Source of the DNA: a virus | Taxonomy: Duplodnaviria; Caudoviricetes | IMG/VR virus record: IMGVR_UViG_3300047159_000046 | DNA length: 64,000 nucleotides | Direction: 5' to 3' (one strand) | Shown: positions 1 through 11,700 of the stretch, piece after piece | How positions within the stretch are numbered: the stretch's first letter is position 1 | How the letters are laid out: each line of letters starts with the position of its first letter | Position numbers and translations under genes: made by a program | The notes under the pieces: model-generated | Database searches by the model: none | The model's input: the letters and a program-made list of their open reading frames with translations, nothing else | What the model was told of the DNA's origin: nothing

Positions 1-344
1 CATCCTCCATTACTTTTTATGTCTGGATTTTGATAATCTCCAAGTCCAGCATACTTTTCGTCTGGATTGAATGGACATACAGGTCTGCAACCAGAATAGT
101 TATAAGCCATATAGACTCGTGTCTGTGAATTAAGCTGTTCCTTGATCTTGTTCATGATATCATCAACGGTATCCTTGAATTCGATTGTATCCATACTTCC
201 CTCCACAAACCGCTTTATTTCAAAATTTCTCTGGCATACAATATCATTATTGCAATAAAGCACGAAAGAAAAACGGTCATTCACATGGTTTACAGACTCT
301 CTCGTTTTGACAGAATTGGCTGTATTATTGTTTTTAAAATACAT
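1..344 (-). CDS. Hypothetical protein (partial, runs off the window start)
   Basis: Manual translation from ATG at 344 (MYFKNNNTANSVKTRESVNHVNDRFSFVLYCNNDIVCQRNFEIKRF...) stays open to position 1. Not in the ORF track. Confidence 0.7.
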   Translation of the reverse strand, partial: MYFKNNNTANSVKTRESVNHVNDRFSFVLYCNNDIVCQRNFEIKRFVEGSMDTIEFKDTVDDIMNKIKEQLNSQTRVYMAYNYSGCRPVCPFNPDEKYAGLGDYQNPDIKSNGG

Positions 345-406
345 AAAGTATATAAATTAAATTGTTAAATCATTTAAAAATTAATCAAATATAATTGTTT
401 TTTATA

Positions 407-1567
407 CTAATTGGAATAAAAATATTTAATTTCTTTGTTTTTTATTCTATTGAAATCTCCAAAAAACGCAGCAAACTTATTGGGTGTATTCCAATCCGAC
501 AAACCGTAACTGCTTATAAGTCTGCTGATATTCTTATAATCACGTCCGTCTGGGTCCAATGGGGCATACATCATATCATCAAGCAACTGTATGGCCTCCT
601 TTGTCATCATCTCATCCGTGAAAAGATTTATTATCTTCTCGTTTATCTCATATACCTTTTCTCCCTGAACCCCATCTGTTATCCCGTTCAATATGTTCTC
701 TATTGACTGCAACGGTTTTTTCTTCTCTTCCGAACGCTTGTCATGAAGTATCTTTACTTTGTCAATTACCTCGTTAAGTGTCATTTTGCGTTCCTTTATT
801 TCTGGAACAAGATTTTCAAGAGTCGTTTCTTTTACTCCCTTTATTCCCTTTATGTTATCAGAAACATCTCCGCATATCGTTTTATATAATACCACATTCT
901 CAAAAGGAATACCCATCTGCTCCTTGAAATTTTTATCTGTAATGAAGATTTTTTTTGAAAATGAATAAATACACACGGTTTCATTTATAAGCTGTGTAAG
1001 GTCCCTGTCTGACGACATAATGACTATCTTTTCATTGGGCTTCTTATGACGAACATAATAAGAAATAAGGTCATCACCCTCTACCGAATCAGCAGACACT
1101 GAACGTATGAACAAATCCTCAAGCATGTTTTTCAATATCCCCTCTTGCATGGCGAATATCTCCTCTTCGGATTTCTTCTCTTCTCTTTTTTCGTATTTGT
1201 TCTTATACTTATGACTTAATAGATTATGTATAAAATCACGGGATGTCTTGAAATAATCACTTTCTCCACCCTGTATGAATTTCTTTCCTCTATTGGCCTT
1301 GTATTCTGGATAAAAATTATATCTCAATTGGCCTGAATTCTGTCCGTCAAACATAACGTACACAAAATCAAAATCCTTTTTTCTTAGCATGAGCTTAAGC
1401 TGAAGCATAAATTCAAACAGCATACCATATTCTATACCTGTATAACTTGTTTTTTTACAAACACCGCTTATTTTCATCAGATTGTTTCCGTCAACTATCA
1501 ATGTGTATATTGACGGTTCTTCCGATAATCCAGCTTCAACAATATGTTTTTTTATACTTTGTTGCAT
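407..1567 (-). CDS. 5'-3' exonuclease / flap endonuclease (T4 RNase H or PolI N-terminal family)
   Basis: Motifs LIVDGNNL, FDG, YPEYKANR, EGDDLI, SSDRDLTQL and the H3TH motif GDVSDNIKGIKGV. Confidence 0.92.
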   Translation of the reverse strand: MQQSIKKHIVEAGLSEEPSIYTLIVDGNNLMKISGVCKKTSYTGIEYGMLFEFMLQLKLMLRKKDFDFVYVMFDGQNSGQLRYNFYPEYKANRGKKFIQGGESDYFKTSRDFIHNLLSHKYKNKYEKREEKKSEEEIFAMQEGILKNMLEDLFIRSVSADSVEGDDLISYYVRHKKPNEKIVIMSSDRDLTQLINETVCIYSFSKKIFITDKNFKEQMGIPFENVVLYKTICGDVSDNIKGIKGVKETTLENLVPEIKERKMTLNEVIDKVKILHDKRSEEKKKPLQSIENILNGITDGVQGEKVYEINEKIINLFTDEMMTKEAIQLLDDMMYAPLDPDGRDYKNISRLISSYGLSDWNTPNKFAAFFGDFNRIKNKEIKYFYSN

Positions 1568-1596
1568 TTATGTGTTTTTTTTATTATTGTCTATTT

Positions 1597-1812
1597 TTAA
1601 AAGTAATTTTCACAGTGTAATCCGTTAATGATAACATATACCATTGATATGATAGTCATTACGATAACCATATAAGAAATCATTTTATGTCTATGTTTGA
1701 TGCTGAATTCATTCTCATCTGTCTGAGAATAACAGCATCCCTCTATCAAAATCACCATACAGGCAACGAAGAATACCACTCCGCAAAAGCCATTCAACTT
1801 ATCTATCAGCAT
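1597..1812 (-). CDS. Small membrane protein with two hydrophobic segments
   Basis: Two predicted transmembrane stretches; preceded by a Bacteroidota-type promoter. Confidence 0.6.
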   Translation of the reverse strand: MLIDKLNGFCGVVFFVACMVILIEGCCYSQTDENEFSIKHRHKMISYMVIVMTIISMVYVIINGLHCENYF

Positions 1813-1831
1813 AATATTTTTATGTTAGGCA

Positions 1832-1862
1832 CAAAGTTATTTATTTTATTGATAAATACAAA
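1832..1862 (-). promoter_or_regulatory. Bacteroidota sigma-A promoter (TTTG-N19-TAACTTTG)
   Basis: Plus strand shows caaagtta at 1832-1839 and caaa at 1859-1862. Confidence 0.6.
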
Positions 1863-1873
1863 GCAAATAAAAC

Positions 1874-1911
1874 AAAAAAAACGATGCTGTTATAAAAATA
1901 GCATCGTTTTA
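1874..1911. terminator. Intrinsic terminator
   Basis: Hairpin aaaacgatgct / agcatcgtttt with A/T tails, downstream of 1932-2660. Confidence 0.7.
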
Positions 1912-1931
1912 TAATTGAATTGAAATATTTA

Positions 1932-2660
1932 TCAATAATCACACTTATTGCCATCTGGATCGAACCATCCTTTACCAGGATGCCAGATGTTTTGATGTGT
2001 AGTTATATTCTTGAATGCTTTCATTCCGTCTGTAACATATTTACGATTAGGCATTGATGTAACCGCAGTTGGATCTTTGTCAAAATCAGGATAACTGGTA
2101 GTATAATCTCCATTAGGATGAAAATCATCGTCTAAATAATCTTCATATTTTTTATTCCCATAATATTTCCCATTTATAAAATTATCATGTATATCATACC
2201 ATCTCTTAGCGGGATTCATGGCTTGTGTTCCATAGTCTTTTTGATATGCACTGTACGCATTTGTGGGTCCATCATTCTCGCTATAAAATGCGGTCAACAT
2301 ACGGGACTTTGGATGGTTAGCCTCAACGTAAGAATCATATCTATTGAACCCGTTTTTGTGGAGGTTATTCATAAATGCATCTTTATCGGTTGCCCTATCT
2401 CCATCTACATAGTCTGGATCAACATTACCACCGTGTAAATGAAACTGATATTTGCCACCTTGAGTTGGAAACCGACCATACTTTTTATTATACTCTTGTA
2501 CGAATTTGTCATTAAAAGCATTACCTAAATCATATCTGCCTTGACCAAAAGCTCTTTCTGCAGCATGGTTCCATGTATTCATACTTGCTTCAAGAATTGT
2601 AGAAACAGATTCCTTTATAAGTTTGTGTAATTGATTTTCCGTTAGTCTTACTCTTCTCAT
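1932..2660 (-). CDS. MRRVRLTE-leader family protein, copy 1
   Basis: N-terminus MRRVRLTENQLHKLIKESVSTILE is shared with three other genes; the C-terminal part is unique. Confidence 0.85.
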   Translation of the reverse strand: MRRVRLTENQLHKLIKESVSTILEASMNTWNHAAERAFGQGRYDLGNAFNDKFVQEYNKKYGRFPTQGGKYQFHLHGGNVDPDYVDGDRATDKDAFMNNLHKNGFNRYDSYVEANHPKSRMLTAFYSENDGPTNAYSAYQKDYGTQAMNPAKRWYDIHDNFINGKYYGNKKYEDYLDDDFHPNGDYTTSYPDFDKDPTAVTSMPNRKYVTDGMKAFKNITTHQNIWHPGKGWFDPDGNKCDY

Positions 2661-2768
2661 ATTTTGTTCTTTTTCCTATAAATATCTGCAAAATTTACAT
2701 AAATCACCATTTTCCCGTAAGTACCGTTCCAGACGCAAAACAATGTCAAAATATTTACACAAAAAAAG
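2661..2768 (-). repeat. Conserved ~110-bp upstream element, copy 1
   Basis: ataaatatctgca...cccgtaagtaccgttccagacgcaaaacaatgtcaaaatatttacacaaaaa; close matches at 3168-3277 and 60535-60639. Confidence 0.9.
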
Positions 2769-2822
2769 CGGAAAAATGTTAAGTTTCTCCGCTTCATTTT
2801 ATTCTATCAAATATGATATGTA

Positions 2823-3167
2823 TTAGTCTTCATCATCCATATAATATCCTCTTCCACCCTTTTCGTATTTGTAGTCACCATTAACTTGATGGTCATAGTC
2901 TTTATGAAAGTCACTATACTCTTTCTGTGCTTCTGGAGGCATTTGTGAGGACACAAACGTATGCTTAATTGCTTCATAATAATGTGGATATTTTCTTCTT
3001 AGAGCATCCATTTTTGCTGTTTCCAAAGGCAATGAATCTTGACCATTCTTCAATCTTTTAAGCCTCGCATTATCATACGTCCTCCAATCAATCTCGTTCA
3101 GTATCTTGTTGACAGATTCTCTAATTACATTGTGGAGTTGTCCCTCCGTTAATCTTACTCTTCTCAT
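2823..3167 (-). CDS. MRRVRLTE-leader family protein, copy 2
   Basis: N-terminus MRRVRLTEGQLHNVIRESVNKILNE. Confidence 0.85.
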   Translation of the reverse strand: MRRVRLTEGQLHNVIRESVNKILNEIDWRTYDNARLKRLKNGQDSLPLETAKMDALRRKYPHYYEAIKHTFVSSQMPPEAQKEYSDFHKDYDHQVNGDYKYEKGGRGYYMDDED

Positions 3168-3277
3168 ATTATTTTGTTATTTTACTGATAAATATCTGCA
3201 GAATTTACATAATTTACTCATTTCCCGTAAGGACCGTGCCAGACGTAAAACAATGTCAAAAATATTTACACAAAAAA
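3168..3277 (-). repeat. Conserved upstream element, copy 2
   Basis: Aligns directly with 2661-2768. Confidence 0.9.
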
Positions 3278-3340
3278 GAGGAACATCCAACATAATGTGG
3301 ACATCCCTCCATGAAGTTTATTTAAATCACAAAAACGTCT

Positions 3341-4330
3341 TTAGAATGGAGTATTGTTTTCATAATAGGTGTTGTCATTCTGAGGTGGCTCCTGCATATT
3401 ATTACTTTGCTGATAATAATTCTTATTCTGCTGAACATTATTCTGAACAGGCTGATTCTCATTCACCATGTTGGTTTGAGGAACGCTGTTTTGTTCGTCT
3501 TTTGTCAAATTAGGAACAAAAGTTTTCTTTGAATCATCCCACAATGGCTTTCGTTTTGATACCAATACCGCATTAAGATAATCATAGTTCTTTACAGGGA
3601 AAGCATTTACCCATGTCTTGTTATCATAAAGCCATGCATTGGAAATATCCGTATTCGTATTCAAAGGAGACGAATTCATTACTGGAGTAAGCATAAACGC
3701 ACGCTTGCCGTTTCCATCCACAGATACAGTCACGTTGATATCATATCCATTATTGATATCAAAGATATTTACCCCAACCTCATCCATTACGGACTGATAT
3801 ATTGATTTCAACTTGTCAAAAATTCCATCATTCTTTGCAGATGACGGGAATCTCCAGAATTTCACTCCCTCATCTTCATGTTCCCTGTCAATACATCTTA
3901 TAACATAGAACAATCTTGCATAATATCCTTTTGCTGTGGTATGAATGGTTTCCGCCTTTAATGTGTCCGTTTCTGCTTTTGATTCTTTCAGCAGTTTATC
4001 GTGAGCCTCGCATATAGGGCAAGGACTGGCATTATTTCCTCCAAGCAATGCCAAGCTCTTTGGGCACATAAGTGTTTTCCATTTTCCATTGGAAAAGTTC
4101 TCCGATGGCTCCACCTCTATATTATGGGCATAAATCTCCATAAACGGATCAAGATTATTGATATCTCCCGAAGGCAATATTCTTATCTTCAATTTCTTTT
4201 CTCTTATCCCTTTGGGTGGATAAACATTAAGATATAAATTAGGGTTAAAAGCGTTCTGCTTTTCCCCACCCGAAAATCCAGCTCCCTGATGGCGTGAAAA
4301 CGGGTCCTGATTTTGACTAAATTCTGTCAT
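3341..4330 (-). CDS. Single-stranded DNA-binding protein (T4 gp32-like)
   Basis: Motifs KIRILP, H..C..CPICE zinc site, EGVKFWRF, IFDINNGYD; low-complexity tail ending in PF. Confidence 0.85.
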   Translation of the reverse strand: MTEFSQNQDPFSRHQGAGFSGGEKQNAFNPNLYLNVYPPKGIREKKLKIRILPSGDINNLDPFMEIYAHNIEVEPSENFSNGKWKTLMCPKSLALLGGNNASPCPICEAHDKLLKESKAETDTLKAETIHTTAKGYYARLFYVIRCIDREHEDEGVKFWRFPSSAKNDGIFDKLKSIYQSVMDEVGVNIFDINNGYDINVTVSVDGNGKRAFMLTPVMNSSPLNTNTDISNAWLYDNKTWVNAFPVKNYDYLNAVLVSKRKPLWDDSKKTFVPNLTKDEQNSVPQTNMVNENQPVQNNVQQNKNYYQQSNNMQEPPQNDNTYYENNTPF

Positions 4331-4434
4331 TTTTATAATTGCTTTTAATTATGTTGTAAATATATGTGTTTTTTTTATTGAAACAAAAAAAAGATTGGAT
4401 TTTTTATCCAATCTTTCATTTATTAAAGTGTTGA

Positions 4435-5289
4435 TTAAAATCTTCTTTTTGGCTTAAAGAAATTTGGAGTGTTCTGGTCCTCGTCATCATCATCATCAAA
4501 CGAATCGTATAAATCATTGTCCGAAGCGTGATTGAGGTCTCCTACCGTTATCTCATATTCCTTATCCTCGTCATTCCCCTTTTCGGGTGCCATTCCTCCG
4601 CCATAATCTGGTCGGTCATTATAATCTCCGCCTACCATTATGTCATAATTGTCTTTTCCGCTCTTTATAAAACGTTTCCAATAATCTGAAATATCGGTAT
4701 TGTAAGGATACGAATCAAGACTCCGCAAATACAGTTTCTCTGTAGGTGTCGGATTCCTTTTGATTATATCCTGTTTTAGTCCTGCTATCTCTCGGTTGTT
4801 ATTGTCAATTATCTGTTTCATTGATTCAACCGCATTAAGCAAATCGGATATTCTCTGGTCGGTCTTTCCAAGACCTTTTCCTATGATATTGACCTTGTTG
4901 TTCATTTTCTCCTGAGCATTGGTAAGGTCGTCAACATTAAGAACATCTTCGTCACCATTTCCCTCATCACCAGCAGGAGGCATACCCATTCCGTTATCCA
5001 TAGGAGGCATGTTTCCTCCCATTCCATCATCGGCAGGAGGTGCCATTCCTCCGCCATTAGGATCTTGTCCTCCCATATCTGCTCCTCCAGTCATATCTGG
5101 TGCAGCTGGAGCACCTCCATCCATTCCACCGTTGGGATCATTCGGGTCCCCTGCGGGTGCTCCTCCCATTGCAGTTGGGTCCTGTTGGGCATTCGGATCT
5201 TGCTGAGCATTTGGGTCATCGTCTTCATCGGTGAGTGTGGTCCATTCCCTGATGACAAATCTATCCCATTTAGTCTTTGGTTTATTCAT
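4435..5289 (-). CDS. Acidic G/M/P-rich protein with a coiled coil (possible prohead core or scaffold)
   Basis: DPNAQQ repeats, low complexity, central heptad region. Function is inferred only. Confidence 0.6.
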   Translation of the reverse strand: MNKPKTKWDRFVIREWTTLTDEDDDPNAQQDPNAQQDPTAMGGAPAGDPNDPNGGMDGGAPAAPDMTGGADMGGQDPNGGGMAPPADDGMGGNMPPMDNGMGMPPAGDEGNGDEDVLNVDDLTNAQEKMNNKVNIIGKGLGKTDQRISDLLNAVESMKQIIDNNNREIAGLKQDIIKRNPTPTEKLYLRSLDSYPYNTDISDYWKRFIKSGKDNYDIMVGGDYNDRPDYGGGMAPEKGNDEDKEYEITVGDLNHASDNDLYDSFDDDDDEDQNTPNFFKPKRRF

Positions 5290-5304
5290 TGTATCTGTAT
5301 ATGT

Positions 5305-5487
5305 TTAGTCTGCAAGAATCTGTCTGTTTTCATCAAACATGACTATCTTCTTGCTGTTATCCATTTCTATAAGCTCGTCATTGTTTCCCTTGTCAAATGT
5401 AATTCCATTCTTATTTGACTTTGAACCATTGACATTGTTTTTTGACATCATTTTGTTGATATATGCCAGTTTTGAAGTGTAATCCAT
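5305..5487 (-). CDS. Hypothetical protein (MDYTSKLAY...)
   Basis: The likely ATG at 5487 lies just after the stop of the upstream gene. Confidence 0.6.
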   Translation of the reverse strand: MDYTSKLAYINKMMSKNNVNGSKSNKNGITFDKGNNDELIEMDNSKKIVMFDENRQILAD

Positions 5488-5488
5488 A

Positions 5489-5704
5489 TTATTTGTTTTT
5501 ATCTGCATTATTGTCCGTCTTGTCCTTCTTTGACGAAGTTTCCTTGACGTTTTTTTTTGAAGAATCATCCTTATCCTTGACATCTTTTTCTCCGTGAACA
5601 AGTATTGACGGAGTTCCGACAGGCTGTGTCCTATTTACAACTGGGAAAGGTCTGTTATTGATGCAAGATTCGTTTCTTCTTATTTTCTTTGTTATAAAAG
5701 ACAT
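5489..5704 (-). CDS. Small lysine-rich hypothetical protein
   Basis: ORF preceded by the CTATTTAT motif at 5722-5729. Confidence 0.55.
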   Translation of the reverse strand: MSFITKKIRRNESCINNRPFPVVNRTQPVGTPSILVHGEKDVKDKDDSSKKNVKETSSKKDKTDNNADKNK

Positions 5705-5739
5705 AATTCTCTAATTTTTAAATAAATAGTATCTATATA

Positions 5740-8700
5740 TTATTTTGTTTTGAAATTTATGTATTCTTCTGGGTTACATATATATTGATTGGTATGATTG
5801 TTCTCCTTTGTCTTGGCGATAAAAGAGTTATACCCAGGGAATGTATATTTTCCACTTGAATCCTTTGGCATAAGCCATAACTCAAAATGACAGTGTATTC
5901 CAGTTGACTTTCCACAACTCCCCGCTTTTGCAAGAATATCGCCAGCTTTCACAATCTGTCCAGCCGTACAATAAATACTTTCTGCATCCATGTGAGTATA
6001 TACACCTAACAGAATTGAACCGTCTTTGTTTTCCAGATTGTATGCAACTATGATAACATTGCAGAATCCAGCTGCCTGATGACAGGAAAGCACAATTCCG
6101 TCATGTCCTGCTACAAGTCTATCTCCCTTTACACCCTTTTCAGAGAAATCTATTCCAGAATGAAATTCTGGAGGTGCAGGACTGGTTCTTGCAGGATTCC
6201 ATGGACTACCTTTATGCTGGGAAATTTCCGTCTTGCTGGTATTTCCAAATGGTCCCCAGAAATCGGAGATAGGAGAAGATATGGTTTTCATTTTTATCTT
6301 AGACTGACTGGTCTTGAATATGGAATCCGTATCTTTGTTGGAAAAAGCATATTCATCATTTACCTCATCCCCATTAGCTGGACATGGAATCGCCTTGTCC
6401 TCCAATAAATAGGTTTTTATCTTTTCCCAATATTTCTTTGTGACAGAATCATCTATAAACGCATAAGTATAGGCATTCAAAATTGTATCTGTATCCTTAA
6501 ATGTGGTCTTATCTGCAATGTTTTTACCCATTATTTTCCACCAGTTTTTAGGAACGCTATCCAATCCCGTACCATTGCTATATATCAATTTATTATTATT
6601 ATAAGTATGATTCTGCCATTTATCCAAATCCGATTTTGTAAATGTTGATTTTAATGATTTGATATTGCTGGCTATACTGAATTGGACCGTAATACTTCTC
6701 ATGTTTTTTGTCCCGTCTGTTTTTTCTATCACCTGAACAAGAATATAGTCTGGATATTCCTGTGATTTGGCAGAAGTAAGCCATATAGCATGTTTAAACC
6801 ATCCATAATACCCTTGCGATTCCCCTGCTCCTGTTCGGACTATCATATCAAATAAGGTGGCATTATTCTGAGGAAGCAATTTTTTACTAACAGAATCACA
6901 TGCTGAAATAATGATCCAATTATCGGTTCCTTCCGAACAAACTTTAACATCACAAGCCATGGCTGCTACTGATTGAGAAGTCCTACTTACAGCATTTACA
7001 AACCCGTTTATTAATGTTTCATTATTTCCATTGCTTTTCTTATCATCGGTAGGGACATTTGGATCTTTTTTCATTTCCGCCAAATCTGAATCTGTCCATA
7101 TCGGTTCACTATCATCAGTTCTACACCCCTCGTATATCTGAACAAACTGATTTCTACCATAAGTAAAATAATATTTACTGCTATGATGATTAATACTTGA
7201 ATCAGAAGAGGTATATTCTGGAAATTGGGAATTATTTAATGAATATTGTCCTATTCTATATACAGATGATTTTGTGATTGAATTTTTTTGATCCTTTATT
7301 TTACCTATCGGCTTATTATAAGAATATGCCTGTATGTTTCCATATCTATTGGCATATTGTCCGCTTAAATCAATATCCAACGGCAATTCATCCTTTCCTC
7401 CCAATATGCTTAATGGATTTTCAAATATAGATTTTACATTTGCCTCTGTTCCTGAATTAAAACTTCCTTTTGAACCTTTAAAAGAAGAACTGAATATGTT
7501 ACGCCAACCTCCATTTTTCTTTTTTGAAGCCAATGCATGCTGATTAAACATACAAAGCGCAACCAGCTTTTGAGATAGATTATCAACTCCATTTGAAAAC
7601 TCTCTGTTTATCGTAGAAACAATAGCATCCCATACACTATCATATCCAAGTTTTGTAATATAATCTGGTCTATATGTTTTTAATGCAACTATATTTACCG
7701 TATGTTCATAAGAAGCATTTATTTGTGTCTGCATCAACGGATTATAGAACTTATAAGCACAATCGTTTTCAACAGAAGCAATAGCATTTTCTCTCGTTAT
7801 GCTGTCCTCCTCATCGAAGTTGCCCTGTGTATTCAAAAATGCGTTATCTACAATTCTATTGGCTATTTTTGGCAATCTGCATCCCGTAAATGTGGTTGTC
7901 ATCTCTCCGTTCCTTATTGAATGGGACATTTTACTAATCATATAAGTTCCCCTAAACATAGGGATGTTAGTCAAACAGAAATACATCAAAGGTTGAATCC
8001 AGCAACATCCCATCATTGACACGGTACACTCGTAAGATACGTTTGAGAATATAGTATACAAATCCTGACCTTGAAAGATTACAGCCTTATTTACCTTATC
8101 AGATCCCATTTGGGCTATCTGCATTTGTGCCCCAATAGACCATTCTGTGTTTTGTCCTTTATTGGTATTGACCTTTATGTTATGAAAGTAACTTTGGTAT
8201 TGCTGACCATAAGAAACAGAAAATGCTGGTATCTTTAAATCCTGATAATCATAATCTTTTATTACTTGTGGCAATGAATCATAATTATTAGCCATAAATG
8301 AATCTCCCTTATATTCGGACTCATCTGAATCATCTCCCAGTAAATGGGATGGCTCGTAATTATATACAGTCACAAAATCTGATTGTGTTGCATAATTTGA
8401 AGGCAAAACCATGGAATTATAAGGAACAGGAACAAATGCCTTTTTCATCGTTTCTGGATCTGACAAATTCGCCCAGTTTTGTATCACATTGAACGTCATA
8501 TTTGTTTTCCCCAATACATCCGTGATAAATTGAAGCAAAGTAAAAGCCTGTCCCTGCTTTAGCTGGTCATTATATATTTCCAGCATACTTGACATATCAA
8601 CCAATATTAAATCGCCAATATCGGTAAAGAATGAATCAATAAAGTGGAAATTCTTATCAAACCAGTTGGGAATATTATAATCACTTAATGATGAACCTAC

Positions 8701-11700
8701 CAACCATTTATCCCATAATCGTTTTAATGAATTATATATAGAAATCTTTGTGTCTATCTGCTGATTTGGGTCCTCTTCGTTTACCAAAGAAACGGCGGTA
8801 TCTACTACTTCATTGGTGGCTGCTGATAATGCGTTATTTAGAACAGATGCATTTAAAATTTCGTCTTTTAATTGTTGCATAAAATAAGAACAATACTCAA
8901 CCATATTATTCTTATATCCATTATTCAATACAACTAATGACTCGTTTATTAATAATTCAACATCTTTAGTTAAAGAAGTTACTGCTTCTGATTTTAAAAA
9001 TTCATCAGAAAAAGTATAATCAAAACCTAATACATTATCAAATGCAGATAAATTCCATCCACTTTTACCAGATTTTTTTATTTCATTTTCTATGTTTGTC
9101 TGTAAATCTCCATTCTGTTTGAGAGCAGCATCCATATTAAATTCCAAATTATTTCTAAAATATCCAAATCCATTTCCATCATCCGCCCAATTCATAAAAT
9201 ATTTAGCCAACACAAAATTATCAATTGGAATTATTGTCGGTGTATATTTAACCATACACTTGGAATTTGTAGAATTAACTGTATATAATAGTCCGTCATT
9301 AAACAAATAAGCCCAACATAAAGAACCCAAGTAAAGCAATTCTATTTTAGGATAACTAATATAAGATTGTTTCTTATTAAAACAAGATAACATTATATCT
9401 GTTATATTTATAACTACACTGGACCCGTAATATTGTATCATCGAACCACTTCCTCCCATTTGAGTATTATCTAAGAATAGAGCTGCCCTTTGATACGATC
9501 CCTTGTTCCCATAATAATCAATGTCATTAAATACATTAGCATCCGATTTTATACTTTTAGGATTTCCATTGTCATCCAATATATCATAACGTCTCTCCTT
9601 GCATTCCTGTTGAATGGTCCATCGTTTCATATTTACGAATCTATCATGTAAAAAACCGAATGAACTTGAAGAAATTAAATTTTGAAAAGCTGAACTATTA
9701 ATAATATTACAGTTTTCATCTATGATAACATATTCTTTAAAAGTATCAAGAGTATAAGCATCTGGATGTTCTTTTATCCATGTTTGTACTTCTTGTAAAT
9801 GTGATTTATGGATATACCATCCATTTGACAAGACATCAGGAATAAATACCCATCTCCAACCATTAGAGGGTACTTCACCATTAGTTTCAGAAGATACATT
9901 GGAATCTGTAACCAAAGAATTTATCGTATCTATATTATTTGACGGCTTTATCGCAATATTATATCCTTTTCTATTGAAAAGATTATTATCTTTTGCGACT
10001 AATTTCGATAAATCTCCCTGTTTGTATTTTTTTATTTTATCTCCATCTGTAATGTTTTGTAATCCTTTTCCTTGCATTATATTCAACATGCCTTCTCCAA
10101 GTGTTCCAAAATCACTTACCGCTCCAATCTTATCCTTAAACGAATCCGAAATAATGTCTTTATAAGCATAATAAAAATTTTTAGCATCCATTATACCACA
10201 ATGATATGCATAATCTTTAACATCAGCATATTTGGAATTAATTCTTGTAATATTCATTCCCATTGTGTTATAATAGTTGAATATCAATGAAGCACGAAGA
10301 TATAATTTAAATGACAAAATAGACGGATCCGTTCCAAAGAAATTATCCAAATCAGCATCTGTCAATTCTCCTAAATACTTGTCTGTCGTAAACAAGTCCG
10401 ACATAACAAGAGGCATATAAATGGTAGGAACCTGAGCATTGGTGCTATTTGTATTGTTAGCTCCAGTATTATCTGGTACAATGTTATTCATCTGTGCATT
10501 TGCATATTTTGTGGCATCAATAAGACCAAGAACCAAATCCCGTTCGGGAAACATGGTGGCATTTCCTTTGTTACCAACCCAACCATCTACCTGTTTACCG
10601 TGTTGAATATCATTTACTTTTGGGAAAGGAGGAACAACTGCTTTTGTTATATCAAAATCAGAATCTTCCACCATCATAAAACCACAATCAGACGGAGTTC
10701 TGTTTTTCTTATACACATTTTCAGCACATGAATACATACAATATAACAAAGTCTCAAAATGCTCCATTAATAATTTCATCATGTTTTTGACAGTTGGTCT
10801 AAAACCCAGTCCAGAAACTATTTTTGAATTTCTAACTGCTTTGGCATTATCAATAGCTGCCTGCTTCTTTGATTCTGAATTCTGTTTGATTTTATTCAGA
10901 TAATCATAAAACATTTCTCCAGTCTTGTTATTCATCAATACAAAAACATCATAATTCCATGTCTGATTAAATACTGTATTGGTAGATATATTCTGTAATA
11001 CTATTTCTTTTAAAACCTTATTTACATTCGCTGTTTTAAAGGCTTCTATTGATATAGATACTCCTGATGTGGTAGGATCATACAATACAGAATTTCCAGT
11101 ACCATAAACAATACTAAATTGATTTGCATCTGAATTCCCCATATTGACCAGACCTTGCTTCATGGACTCAAAGTTTTTACTCGTATCCTTATAGTATTGT
11201 TGAGTTAAAACATCCTGTTCTATATTGTCTAAATCTCCCTGATACAGAATAATACATACTCCTCTTCCTACATCGTCAGAAAGAAAATAAGAAGAAGAAT
11301 CATGGTGTAAATTGTTTTTAAATCCGTCAAAAACAGTAGCAAGAGAAGGAATATCTGACTCTATCGCATTTTGTGTATTCTGTGTGTTTGCCACTTCGTT
11401 GTTGGCCTGTTGTAATTCTGTATCTGAATCGACTTCCGAAATAACCTTAAATACCTGCATCAATCCAACAGGAGTCGCCCCATCCAATGAATAATCAGAA
11501 TTGGTACAAATTGTATTTTTCCAATAATCAGCACCTGCAAAAGAACAATACGGAGCACAAACCATAAGATTGACTGGGATATCGTTCAATAAAGAATAGC
11601 GATATCCTATAAGTTCCAAATCCACATTAAAGTTTCCTGTATTATTGTTAAAATCAACATTGACATTTTGGAACGCCAAATCATAAGTTATAGGAGTACC

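Noticed and set aside
1932-3277. Diversity-generating retroelement or integron explaining the repeated leaders
   Set aside because: No reverse transcriptase or integrase is in the window, and differences between copies are not adenine-specific.
5305-5704. Frameshift between overlapping ORFs 5489-5704 and 5305-5601
   Set aside because: An ATG at 5487 just after the upstream stop explains them as two adjacent genes.
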